Assembly (NCBI GenBank): GCA_038207335.1
Contig: JBBQZX010000008.1
Coordinates: 64,001 to 128,000, forward strand
Source of the DNA: Chthoniobacterales bacterium
Lineage (GTDB): Bacteria > Verrucomicrobiota > Verrucomicrobiia > Chthoniobacterales > Chthoniobacteraceae
DNA length: 64,000 nucleotides
Direction: 5' to 3'
Shown: positions 1-10,100 of the stretch, piece by piece
Layout of the letters: each line of letters opens with the position of its first letter
Numbering within the stretch: position 1 is the first letter of the stretch
The notes under the pieces: generated by a model
Database searches by the model: none
What the model was told of the DNA's origin: nothing
The model's input: the letters and a program-made list of their open reading frames with translations, nothing else
Translations under genes and position numbers: made by a program

Positions 1-1
1 T

Positions 2-712
2 GAAATGACCGACAGAGCACTCAAAGTGCTGAGCAAAAACGCGAATGGCTTCATCCTCATGGTCGAGGGCGCGTCAATCGACAAGCAGGCGCACAACATG
101 GACACTGAGCGGTGGATTCTCGACACGATCGAGATGGATAACGCGATCGCGAGGGCGAAGGCATTTGCCGGCAAGCGCAATGACACGCTCATTATCGTCA
201 CCGCGGATCACGAGTGCGCGGGCGTCGCGATCATCGGCGCTAGCACCGTGACCGATGCGGCGCTCGCCACCGCTGCTGCCGGCGGGGGGGGCGCGGCGAC
301 GCTGCGCGACCCGATCGTGGGCACCTACGATCTCGCGAGCTTCCCGGAATACACGAACGCCCCGGACGGCTACCCCGTCACGACCGACGTGAACTTCCGC
401 ATGCTCATCGGCTACGCGGCGAACGCGGATCGCTTCGAAGACTGGCGCACGAATCCGCTCCCGCTGCGCGACGGCCAGCAGCCGCTGAACAACGTGGCGC
501 CGCTCAACACCTATCCGAGCGGCCCGCTCAATCGCGACACAGCCGGTAACTACATGATCACCGGCCAGGTCGGCGGCAGCAGCGCCGTGCATTCCGGCGG
601 CGACATCCCAGTGAGCGCATTCGGGCGCGGATCGTCGCTCTTCACCGGAGTCATGGATAACACGGACGTGTTCTTCAAGGTGATGCAGGCAACCGTCGGC
701 GGCGCGCGGTAA
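2..712 (+). CDS. phoA: Alkaline phosphatase (PhoA family), C-terminal part; 5' end lies outside the window
   Basis: Motifs GFILMVEGASIDKQAH, LIIVTADHE and HSGGDIPVSAFG...GVMDNTDVF are the metal-binding segments of PhoA-type phosphatases; the frame is open from base 2. Confidence 0.85.
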   Translation, partial: EMTDRALKVLSKNANGFILMVEGASIDKQAHNMDTERWILDTIEMDNAIARAKAFAGKRNDTLIIVTADHECAGVAIIGASTVTDAALATAAAGGGGAATLRDPIVGTYDLASFPEYTNAPDGYPVTTDVNFRMLIGYAANADRFEDWRTNPLPLRDGQQPLNNVAPLNTYPSGPLNRDTAGNYMITGQVGGSSAVHSGGDIPVSAFGRGSSLFTGVMDNTDVFFKVMQATVGGAR

Positions 713-735
713 GCACATCGCGGTCTGTTGGTTCC

Positions 736-771
736 CCCGCCCTTCGGTTTGCCGGAGGGCGGGTTTTTTTT
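736..771 (+). terminator. Rho-independent terminator after the phosphatase gene
   Basis: CCCGCCCTTCGG-TTTG-CCGGAGGGCGGG stem followed by 8 T. Confidence 0.85.
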
Positions 772-808
772 CCGCGGAATGGCGAGCGAATCCATACATC
801 CTCGCGCG

Positions 809-3763
809 ATGAAGTCGCTCCCAGCTTCCGTCATCCTGCTGCTGTTCGCTGTGTGTCTCACGACGCCGAGCTTTTCCAACGCGCAGACCTCGCCTGCAAA
901 GAAGATCGTCCTGATCGCGGGGAAGAAAAGTCACGGGCCGGAGGGCAATCGCATCCATGACTACGCGTGGTCTGTGCGGCTCCTAAAAGTGATGCTCGAG
1001 CACTCGAGCGTCCGCTCGAAAATCAAGGTGGAGACAGCATTCGATGGCTGGCCGCTTGATCCAAAGATGCTCGACGATGCGGATACGATCATGGTGATTT
1101 CGGACGGACGCGATGGGGACAAGTTTGAGGAAGCACCGCATCTCGCATCGCCCGAGCATGTCGCCACGATCGAGCGGCAGATGGCGCGTGGCTGCGGGCT
1201 CGTAACGTTTCATTTTTCAACATTCGCGCCCGAGCAATTTGGCCCGCAAATGTTGCGGTGGAACGGCGCGTATTTCGGCTGGGAGAAAGATGGAAAGCGC
1301 GACTGGTATTCCGCAATCACGACGACTGAGGCGGACGTGGCGCTGCCGACTCCGACGCACCCGGCGACGCGCGGCGTGAAGCCGTTTCGCATGCGCGAGG
1401 AGTTTTACTACAACCTGCGCTTCGCACCGGGCGACGCCGCGCTCGTGCCGCTGCTCGCGGTCCCCGCGCTGCACGGTCGCGAGCCGGATGGAAACGTCGT
1501 CGCGTGGGCGCGGCAGCGCGACGACGGCGGACGCGGATTCGGCACGACGTGCGGACATTTTTACGACAACTGGCAGAACGCCGACTTCCGCAAACTCGTG
1601 CTGAACGGACTGGTCTGGAGCGCGGGCATCGACGTGCCGGCGGGCGGAGTGGACGCGCGATATTTCGAGCGCGATGAAGTGATGGCCGCGTTGGAACGGG
1701 AGATGCCACGCGCGACGATGCCGGAGTTTCTTGAAATCCCTGCGGCGCCCGCCGACTCGCTCACGACAACAAATGGCGCGACACCGCGCGCCGATTATCG
1801 CGACTGGCCCCGCTCGCTCGGCGACGCAACTTCCACGCGTTACTCCGGCTTGAGCGCAATCAATCGCGGAAACGTGAAAGATTTGCAGGTCGCGTGGACA
1901 TACCACTCGAAGGACGGCGGTGGAAATATTCAGTGCAATCCGATCGTCGTGGACGGCGTGATGTTCGCACCGACGGCGGGGAATTTCGTTGTCGCAGTGA
2001 ACGCCGCGAACGGTGAGGAGCTGTGGCGCTTCAAGCCCGAAGTGCCGCCGCACCCGAGCCTTCCGGAGTTCCCGGCCCGTCGTGGACTCTTGTACTGGCG
2101 CGGCACGGATGGCATTTCAGACCGCCTGGTCTTCACTGCGGGCAATTGGATTTACGCACTCGATCCGAAGGCTGGAAAGCCGGTTGTCGGCTTCGGCGAA
2201 AACGGGCGCACGGCGATTCCGACCGGCGGGACGGCAGCGGGCGCGGTCTTCAAGCGCGTGCTCGTCGTGCCTGGATTCAACCGCGACGTCTTTGGCTACG
2301 ACATCGCGGACGGGCGTTTACTGTGGACGTTTCACACAATCCCGCACTCTGGCGAATTCGGCAATGAGACGTGGTCGCACATCGACGACGGCGCAAACTG
2401 CTGGGGCGGCATGGCGCTTGATGAAGCGCGTGGCATCGCCTTCATCGCGACCGGTTCGCCGAAGCCGAACTTCAACGGCACCGGCCATCTCGGCGAAAAT
2501 CTTTTTGCAAACTGCGTGATCGCGCTGAACGCCGAGACCGGCGAGCGGCTCTGGCATTTTCAGGAAATCCGCCACGACATCTGGGACCTTGATATCCCCA
2601 CGCAGCCGAATCTTGTGACGGTCATACACGAGGGCCGCCGCGTGGATGCGGTGGCGCAGGGCACGAAAATCGGCAACACGCTGCTGCTCGACCGCGTGAC
2701 TGGAAAGCCGCTCTTCCCATTTCGCCTCCGCCGCGCGCCGGCTTCACAGCTCGCTGGCGAGACGACCTGGCCGTATCAGCCCGACGTGCAAATGCCCGAG
2801 CCGTTTGCGCGGAAAGAGTTCACGCGCGAGGACATCACGACACGCACACCGGAGGCTCACGCATTCGTCGAGCAGCAGCTCACGCGCGCGAACATCGGCT
2901 GGTTTGCGCCATTCGAGGAGTCGAAACCGACTGCATTTTACGGTCTCCACGGCGGCGCGGAGTGGACGGGCGCGGCGGTCGATCCGAAGACCACGCGGCT
3001 ATACGTCACGGCCAATGAAATGCCGTGGCTCATCACCGTTTTCCGCGACGACGACGCGCCTCCCGCCATGCCACCGACGCCCGGAGAACAGCTCTACCAA
3101 ATGAATTGCGCGGCATGTCACGGCCCCGATCGCGTCGGGATCGGCGTGGCTCCGCCGCTCCGCGGAGTGCGCCATCGGATGAAAGACGACGACTTCCTCG
3201 CGCTGCTGAAAACCGGCCGCAACCTCATGCCGCCCGCGCCGCCGATGACCGCGGAGCAACAAAAGCAGCTCCTTGATTTCCTATTCGTCCGCGACCGCCC
3301 ACAGCCGCCCGCCGACCCGTCCGCGCCGCCGCGATACTCATTTGCCGGCTATCGCAAGCTGCTCGATCAGGACGACTTTCCCGGCTGCAAGCCACCGTGG
3401 GGATCGCTGAATTGCGTCGATCTCAACACCGGAAAACTAGTCTGGAAAGTGCCGCTCGGCGAATACGACGCACTCACCAAGCTCGGCATCCCAAAGACCG
3501 GCACCGAGAATTTCGGTGGCGCGATCGTCACCGCAGGCGGCCTCGTCTTCGCCTCCGGCACGCGCGACAACAAGATCCGCGCCTTCGATTCCGACACCGG
3601 CGAGGAACTCTGGAGCGCAATACTCCCGCTCCACGGCACCACCGCGCCGACGACTTACGAAACTGGCGGACGCCAGTTCCTCGTGATCCCCGCGACCGGG
3701 GGCGGCAAGCTCGGCGGCCTCACGAGCGACGCTTACGTAGCCTTCGCACTGCCGGAGAAGTAG
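809..3763 (+). CDS. Secreted fusion of a ThuA-like domain and a PQQ-dependent glucose/quinate-type dehydrogenase beta-propeller with an inserted c-type cytochrome
   Basis: Signal peptide from ATG 809 (MKSLPASVILLLFAVC...); ThuA-like KKIVLIAGKKSHG...GRGFGTTCGH; PQQ repeats (ALNAETGERLWHFQ, RHDIWDLD, GGAEWTG, GGAIVTAGGLVF); CAACH at 3107-3121. The ORF-track start 728 lies in or before the terminator. Confidence 0.85.
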   Translation: MKSLPASVILLLFAVCLTTPSFSNAQTSPAKKIVLIAGKKSHGPEGNRIHDYAWSVRLLKVMLEHSSVRSKIKVETAFDGWPLDPKMLDDADTIMVISDGRDGDKFEEAPHLASPEHVATIERQMARGCGLVTFHFSTFAPEQFGPQMLRWNGAYFGWEKDGKRDWYSAITTTEADVALPTPTHPATRGVKPFRMREEFYYNLRFAPGDAALVPLLAVPALHGREPDGNVVAWARQRDDGGRGFGTTCGHFYDNWQNADFRKLVLNGLVWSAGIDVPAGGVDARYFERDEVMAALEREMPRATMPEFLEIPAAPADSLTTTNGATPRADYRDWPRSLGDATSTRYSGLSAINRGNVKDLQVAWTYHSKDGGGNIQCNPIVVDGVMFAPTAGNFVVAVNAANGEELWRFKPEVPPHPSLPEFPARRGLLYWRGTDGISDRLVFTAGNWIYALDPKAGKPVVGFGENGRTAIPTGGTAAGAVFKRVLVVPGFNRDVFGYDIADGRLLWTFHTIPHSGEFGNETWSHIDDGANCWGGMALDEARGIAFIATGSPKPNFNGTGHLGENLFANCVIALNAETGERLWHFQEIRHDIWDLDIPTQPNLVTVIHEGRRVDAVAQGTKIGNTLLLDRVTGKPLFPFRLRRAPASQLAGETTWPYQPDVQMPEPFARKEFTREDITTRTPEAHAFVEQQLTRANIGWFAPFEESKPTAFYGLHGGAEWTGAAVDPKTTRLYVTANEMPWLITVFRDDDAPPAMPPTPGEQLYQMNCAACHGPDRVGIGVAPPLRGVRHRMKDDDFLALLKTGRNLMPPAPPMTAEQQKQLLDFLFVRDRPQPPADPSAPPRYSFAGYRKLLDQDDFPGCKPPWGSLNCVDLNTGKLVWKVPLGEYDALTKLGIPKTGTENFGGAIVTAGGLVFASGTRDNKIRAFDSDTGEELWSAILPLHGTTAPTTYETGGRQFLVIPATGGGKLGGLTSDAYVAFALPEK

Positions 3764-3816
3764 GAGGCTTCATCCAGACGCATCGGTCACAACTCTGCGG
3801 AGTGTGCTCGTCCCAA

Positions 3817-4782
3817 CTAATCACCCGTCGGAACTGATTGGTACAACGCCGCGAGTCGGCGCAGCAATGTTTCGAGATCGCTGAAATACTGCGCCTCCGG
3901 CAGCGTCGCCTTTGCCTCGCGCAACTTTGCGACTTCCAGTTCCAGCGCGTCCCTCTCAACTCGAATTTCTGGCGGCAGCGCCCGTTCGGCAGCGTTGGGA
4001 ATGAGGTGAATCTGCTGCGCTCGCAATCCGTCCGGCGGCGCGCCGTCTTTAGCGCGCTTCACAGCCCGCACACCTTCAAACCAGTCCGCCGGAGTGCCGG
4101 CCCCGTCGCCGTTGTCGTCGAGCAGCGAGTGCTCCGTAGCGAGCCGTCCGTCGTCATCGTAGAATGCCTTCACCCGCTGTGCCGCCGCGAGCCACGCCTC
4201 CAAAACGGACACCTGCCCGTCTCGGTTCAAGTCCGCCGCGGGGTCGGAAATCGCATGGGAAAGATACTCCGCAAATCGCGAATAATTCTGCTCGCTCCCG
4301 CTCCGAGTCGCCGTGATGACAACCCGCCCGGGCGAGGAAAGCGGTGCGAGAAATCCTCCGCTTGCGGAGAACGCGTTCACGAGAACTAGCGGGCGCTGAA
4401 ACGGCTTCAGCAAACGCGCGAACTCGGTCGCCGAAAGGTCGTCCCCGAGCAGGTTAAACTTCGCCTCCTTGCCATCGAACGTCCCGTGCCCGATTAGCAC
4501 GAGCCAAAGTTCCGAAGCGCCTTCGACCCTCTCGGCCCCGAGCGCTTTTCGAAACTCCTCGAGGGCGTCGGGCTCGTCGCTATCACCTCCGATCACCATC
4601 GCTTTCGCTCCGCCCGCCTCCGCCGCGAGCTGCCATTCATTCGCCGCTTTCGCAAAGCCCGCGGCGTATTCCGCCGTCCCGCCCGCGCCCACGAGCACAA
4701 GCACGGAGGCCCGATCGCCCGTGCCCGCCGCGCTCGCGAGCCCGGCGGCAGCCATGAAAATCACAGCGCAGAAACGTTTCAC
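3817..4782 (-). CDS. Exported caspase/legumain (clan CD)-fold protein lacking the catalytic Cys
   Basis: GTG 4782 overlaps the upstream TGA; signal peptide; LVLIGHG, VNAFSASGG, VVITAT and ADLNRDGQVS motifs. Confidence 0.6.
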   Translation of the reverse strand: MKRFCAVIFMAAAGLASAAGTGDRASVLVLVGAGGTAEYAAGFAKAANEWQLAAEAGGAKAMVIGGDSDEPDALEEFRKALGAERVEGASELWLVLIGHGTFDGKEAKFNLLGDDLSATEFARLLKPFQRPLVLVNAFSASGGFLAPLSSPGRVVITATRSGSEQNYSRFAEYLSHAISDPAADLNRDGQVSVLEAWLAAAQRVKAFYDDDGRLATEHSLLDDNGDGAGTPADWFEGVRAVKRAKDGAPPDGLRAQQIHLIPNAAERALPPEIRVERDALELEVAKLREAKATLPEAQYFSDLETLLRRLAALYQSVPTGD

Positions 4783-7100
4783 GCCAATCCCCTCCAGCGG
4801 CGCAAACCCCACTCCCCGGCGAAGCACGCGAGTGCGAATAAGAATATCTCCGGCGTCTGCCACAGCGGGCGCGTCCACGCCTCCATCGACGGCGCTTTTC
4901 GAGTCGGCAGTGACTTTACGAATTCCTCCAGCTTTTCCGCCGCGATCACCTGCCCGCCAGTCCCACGTGCCAGTCGCTGCATCAGTTCGCGATTCGGCCG
5001 CAGCGTACGAAACTCCGCGTTATCGAGATTTGCAGCCCATCCTGCGTGTGCCTCGCCAAGGCTCGCGCCCGCCTCGCTCACGACTGTCGCCTCAATGCGA
5101 AATCCGCCGTTTTCCCGTGCCGTGAAGCTCGTCTCATAAACGCCCGCCTCGCTCGCCGATGCTTCTGCCATCAGGCTTGCCGGCGCGTTAATACTCCCAG
5201 TTGCTTGCACGTTCACACGCACCGAAGCGTTGTCGATCGGTTGAAACTTCGCGTCCCGCACGCGCACCTGAATCTTCACTTCCGCGTCGTTTACCGGCTC
5301 AATCCGCAGCTCGATCGGCTCAGGCACATCGGCCACGAGCCAGCGCGCGAGCTGTCGCCACGCCTTTGCGAGATCGGCACTGCGCGCATCATCGCCGAGC
5401 GCCGTCTCCCACAAATCCCCAACCAGCATCGCCGCCGCCCGGCCGCGTCCGAAGCGCTGCGTCACGAGCGCCGGCCACTCGCGCCGCCCGTCCGTCACAT
5501 TTGCCACGACCATCGCGCCCGGCTTTACGCCGCTCGTCCTATTCAGCACATCGATCGCGGGCAGTGCGCCGAGCCGCTTCGTTTCATCCGCCTCCGTCGT
5601 GCGCAGCCGCACCCACGGCTGCACCCATCCCTCGCGCGTCAAAGCGAGCCGCAGTCCCGCAGTCGTGGGCAGTGCGGGCGCGTCGAGATATACCGGCAGG
5701 ACTTCGTTGATCGCAGTGCGCTGATATCCGCCTTCGCGAAACGATTCCGTACCTCCGAGCATCAAAACCCCACCGCCGCGCTCCGAGACGAATCGCTGCA
5801 CAAGCGCCATTTGATCCGGGGTGAAAAAACCCGCCTCCAAGTCATCCACGACCACCGCGTGATATTTGAAAAGCTCCTCCGCGGTCTTTGGAAATCCACC
5901 GCGCAGTTCGACTTCATCCTCTGTCCCAAGCCGCACCAGCACTGGCTGATCGTATTGCTCCACCTCCTCTTTCGATTGACTTCCAAAGCCGCGAAAAAGC
6001 GGATTGCTCGATTCTCCCGTGCGTCCTCGGAACGTGAATTTCGGCTCCCGTTTCGCGATGCGGATCAAGCCCACAAGCCGCGTTTGCTCGTCAGCCTCGA
6101 TCGCGCGATGCAGAAATTTGTATTCCCAATTTGGCCTCCCAGAAACGTAGAGAATCCGGCGGTCGCCCGCCCCGCGATCCACTGCCAGCGTGATTCCGTT
6201 GTTCAAGAGCGTTGCCTCCGGTGGCGCATCTTTGCTCCCCGGGTCCACCTCGAGTTTGTAGAAACTGAGGCCACTTTTCTCGGGACGAAACTGAAACCGG
6301 AGCGTGGTGCGATCCCCCTCCTTCGGCATCGTGAGCGTTTGCTCCGACGCCACTTTTCCGTCGTCGAGCGCCACGACTTTTCCCACGATCTTCTCGCCGG
6401 AAAATCCGCTCGCGTTGACGTCCGCCTGCACGGTCACCGGCGCGTCTTCGAAAGCAGTCTGCGCCACCGAGAAGCTGCCAACGCCGAGGTCTCGGGGCGC
6501 TTCATCGCTGCCGAAAATCACGGGAAATACGGGCGGCAATCCGCTCAAATCAACATCGGGCGGCAGGTCCGCTGCGATCCCGTCGGTGAGCAAAACGATG
6601 CCCGCGAGCGACTGCCCACGGGCCCGCTCCACTAGCTCCCGCAAAGCTTCACCGAGCGCTGAAGCCCGGCCCGAAAAATCCAGGTCGGCGAAATCGCGCG
6701 ATGCTTCGAGCCGCTGTGCTGCGACGTAATTGCGCACCTCGAAATCCTCCGCAAGCCGCGTGCGCCAGCCGCGCCGCTCACCCGTCAGGTAGCCACGCAT
6801 CGCTTCGCCGCGCGACGCTCCGTCATCGCCTCCCGGCAGGGTCATGCTCCGGCTGTTGTCCGCCACCACCGCGATCAAGTTCGCCCGCGGCTTCGCCCGC
6901 TGCCCGACCCACGCGGGCTCCAGCAGACAGGCGAGCAGTGCGAGCAGGCCCAGCAGCTTCAACGCCGCACACGTCACCCGAAACCCGGTTGGCGCAGACG
7001 AGCGAAGATAACTCCACGCGACGAACGCGAATGCTCCCGCGGCCAACGCCACCGTCGCGACGAGCCAGTCTTTACCCAAAAGAATCAGCGTCCCGATCAT
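4779..7100 (-). CDS. Membrane protein with vWA (MIDAS), Ig-like and glutamine-amidotransferase-like domains
   Basis: Two N-terminal TM helices; DNSRSM and LLTDG; RILYVSGRPNWEYKFL; GGGVLMLGG; C-terminal TM ending EWGLRRWRGLA; typical of MoxR operons. Confidence 0.8.
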   Translation of the reverse strand: MIGTLILLGKDWLVATVALAAGAFAFVAWSYLRSSAPTGFRVTCAALKLLGLLALLACLLEPAWVGQRAKPRANLIAVVADNSRSMTLPGGDDGASRGEAMRGYLTGERRGWRTRLAEDFEVRNYVAAQRLEASRDFADLDFSGRASALGEALRELVERARGQSLAGIVLLTDGIAADLPPDVDLSGLPPVFPVIFGSDEAPRDLGVGSFSVAQTAFEDAPVTVQADVNASGFSGEKIVGKVVALDDGKVASEQTLTMPKEGDRTTLRFQFRPEKSGLSFYKLEVDPGSKDAPPEATLLNNGITLAVDRGAGDRRILYVSGRPNWEYKFLHRAIEADEQTRLVGLIRIAKREPKFTFRGRTGESSNPLFRGFGSQSKEEVEQYDQPVLVRLGTEDEVELRGGFPKTAEELFKYHAVVVDDLEAGFFTPDQMALVQRFVSERGGGVLMLGGTESFREGGYQRTAINEVLPVYLDAPALPTTAGLRLALTREGWVQPWVRLRTTEADETKRLGALPAIDVLNRTSGVKPGAMVVANVTDGRREWPALVTQRFGRGRAAAMLVGDLWETALGDDARSADLAKAWRQLARWLVADVPEPIELRIEPVNDAEVKIQVRVRDAKFQPIDNASVRVNVQATGSINAPASLMAEASASEAGVYETSFTARENGGFRIEATVVSEAGASLGEAHAGWAANLDNAEFRTLRPNRELMQRLARGTGGQVIAAEKLEEFVKSLPTRKAPSMEAWTRPLWQTPEIFLFALACFAGEWGLRRWRGLA

Positions 7101-7185
7101 CGTGAATCAATCAGCTGCACGCGGTGCGAAGACTCCGGGAAGTGCACTCGTTCTTGCGAGCGCTCGGCATCCCGCGCATCACGCA

Positions 7186-10100
7186 TCATCGCGGGGCGCT
7201 CCGTCCGAGGTCTTCGTAATACTTTCGCACCTGCTCCGCGAACCGCGCTGGCACAGGATCGCGGTCGATCGGGACCAGCGATTCCTTCGAGTCGCGACGC
7301 GCGAGTTCCTCCGACACGCGGTTGCGCAATTCCGCGAGTGGCAAGCTGATCTTCGAACGCACTTCATCCCACGCAGGTTGCGCGGCATTCTTCTTCGACT
7401 CTGCACGAATTCCCCGCGCGGCTTCGCGCACCTGCGCCGCTTCGTTTCGCAGCGCAGGTTGATCGAGCATCTCCTCGACATTCCGCAGGCGGTCAGACCA
7501 CTCCACAAATCCTCCGCCCGCCAGCGGTCCGTACTCGGTGCCCCCAGCACCGCCGTTACCACTTCCTACACGGTTATTTGAGGTCAATTGCCGCAGCCCC
7601 TCACCCGGACGCTGCGGGTCACCGGCCTCGCCGCCCGGCGCAGACCCTTTGCCATTTTGGCCTTTCGACGATGCGCCCTCTCCGCCTTGCGGCTTGCCTT
7701 CTCCCTTCCCGTCACCCGTTTTGCCCGACCCCCTCTTCTCTCCGCCTTCCGTCCCGCTTCCATTTTCACTCTGTGCCTGCGCGGTCGATTCGCCTTTTCC
7801 CGACCCATTCGGCGTCTCAGCCGACTGTGCGGAGTCCTCCCTTGGCTTCAGACCCGGCCCACCCCCCTCTTTCGGCTCCGCAGAATCTTTGCCCTGTGCG
7901 GCAACCGGCTTGCCAGCTTGATCTCCGGACGATGTCTTTTTGAACGCCTCCGCGGAATCCTGAGTATTTGCGCCCGCACCACCAGCGGCAGCGGCGTCAT
8001 TCTGCGCGAGCTTTGGCTCTGCCTTGGCGATTTCACGGTTGAGCTGTTCGCTCAGCGCGTCGATTTCCGCACGCGCAGTCCGCAGCGCCTCCGCTTCATT
8101 CCCAAGCACGCTCTCCGCAGCGCGCTCCACGCCACTCTTCACCTCTTCGATTTCTTCCCGCGCTTTCGATTCGAATTTCCGCGCGTGCTCGCCGAATCCG
8201 TTCGTCGCGAGCTGTCCCGCGCGCTTGAGCGTCTCATCCGTCCCCTGCTGCGCGTTCTTTCGAAGCGTGTCGTAGAGCTCTTTTGAAAGCAGCGGCTCGA
8301 CTGCTTCCGCCTGCTCCGACACGCGCTTCATCGCCTCACGCAACTGCCCGAGCTTCTCCTGCTGCGACTCGAAATCTTTTGCAAGCTGCTGAGCTCCGCT
8401 GCCATCGAGCGTGCGCCTCGCCGTCTTCTGCGCGTCTTCCGCGAGTTGCTTTGAAATCGCCTCCTGCCGCGCCGCGAGTTCGCGCGCATCGGTGCGCATC
8501 TCGCGCATTTCATCCGAAAATTGTCCCGCGCTCTTCTTCCGAAAGTCGTCCCGCAACTGCTGCAGTTCGCGCCCCGTTCGCGTGCCCGACGCAAGCGCCT
8601 CCGGCACCGCACCGCGCTCCATCGCCTCCGCCGCGCGCTGAGCCTGATCGCGAGTTTGCTCGAGCTGCTTGCGCTCTTGGGCGAGTGCCGCGGCATTTTC
8701 CGGCTGCTGCATTTTTTGCTGCGTTGCATCCGCCTCCGACACGAGCTGCTGCTCCTCCTCGCGCAGCCGCTTGAGCCGCCGCCGAATCTCCTCCTTCTGC
8801 GCCTCGTCCTTTGCCTCTTGCAGAGCGGTCTGCAGTTCCTTCAGCCGCTCATTGATGTCCTGCTGCCGCTGCGCCAGCTCCTTCAACCGATTGAGAATCG
8901 CGAGTTGTGCGGTCTGCTGTGCATTCTGCTGCGGAGCCGCTTCCTTCCTTGTTTCGTAGCGCTTTTCCTCAGCTTTCAAATCGAGCTGCTCGAGCTCCTG
9001 CTGCCGATTCTGGCTGCTGCTCGGCTTCCCGTTGCTCTTGCTTTTCGAGACCTGAAATTCATGAGACGCGAGTTTCAAGAGCGCGCTGTAAGCCGACTGC
9101 TCCGCGGTGAGCGCGGCAGGCAGCGGCTCGGTGGAATTTGCGGCCTCGCCGAGCCGCTTCCCAGCCTCCTGCATTGCGTCGATCGCGGTCTCCAGAAATG
9201 CCCTGGCACGAGGCTGATCGATCTTTTCGCGCATCGCCTCCGCCATCTCCACGACGTGCTTTTGCGAGTCGCGGATGACGGGCTCGTCGGTCGCGTATTT
9301 TGGCGAAACGTGTCCGCCCTGCGTGCTCTCGCCGCGCTGAAGATTCCACGTCGCCGCAATGATTTGTTTCTGCAATTCCGCCAGCTTGCTCGTCTCCTCT
9401 CCCGAGCCCGCTTCGCCCTCACCGCCGCCTTCCTGGCCTGGCCGGTATACCTCTTCAAATGGGCGCACTTCCGCAAAGTACAGGTCGCTAGAGGTGCGGC
9501 GCACCGCACCATCCGGCCCAATGTCCTCCGCCCAGAGCGTCCATGAAATGAGGTCATCCGGCTTCACGCCGACTTCCTCCAGTTTCACCATCTGCCGTCC
9601 CTGCACTCGCTCGTCGGGCTTTGTGTCCTGAGTGAAAACCACCTCTTTAGACTCACTGTCGGCGACCGTGTAGCTCATGCCAAACCGCGGCATTCCAAAG
9701 TCGTCCCACGCCTCCGCGACGAATGAAATCTCCTGGAGCGCCGAGACGCGTTGATCCCCTTTCGGTTGGATAAATTTCAGTTCGGGACGGCGATTCGGGA
9801 GCGCCTCGATCGTGAATTGGTCGGGCACTTTGTTCGAGCGTCCATCGGCATCGACGAGCTTCAACTCGTATGTCGCGCTTGCCGCAATCGGCAGTTCGCG
9901 CAATGAAACCACGGCCTTGCCGGCTTCGACTGTGAGCGCGATCGGAGGCTGATTTTTCGCAACGAGTTGCGCCGCTTTCACGGGCTTGTTGAGCTGCATC
10001 GTGAAACTCAGCTTCGTCCCTTCCACTGCGCTCACACGGCGCGTGTCAGCGATCTTTTTTTCGGGAAGCTGAGTGTAATTCGGAAAGTGAAGAACGGCGT

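Noticed and set aside
7560..8000. Low-complexity G/S/E/K region as a repeat element
   Set aside because: It is an in-frame disordered linker of the coiled-coil protein with no nucleotide-level periodic repeat seen.
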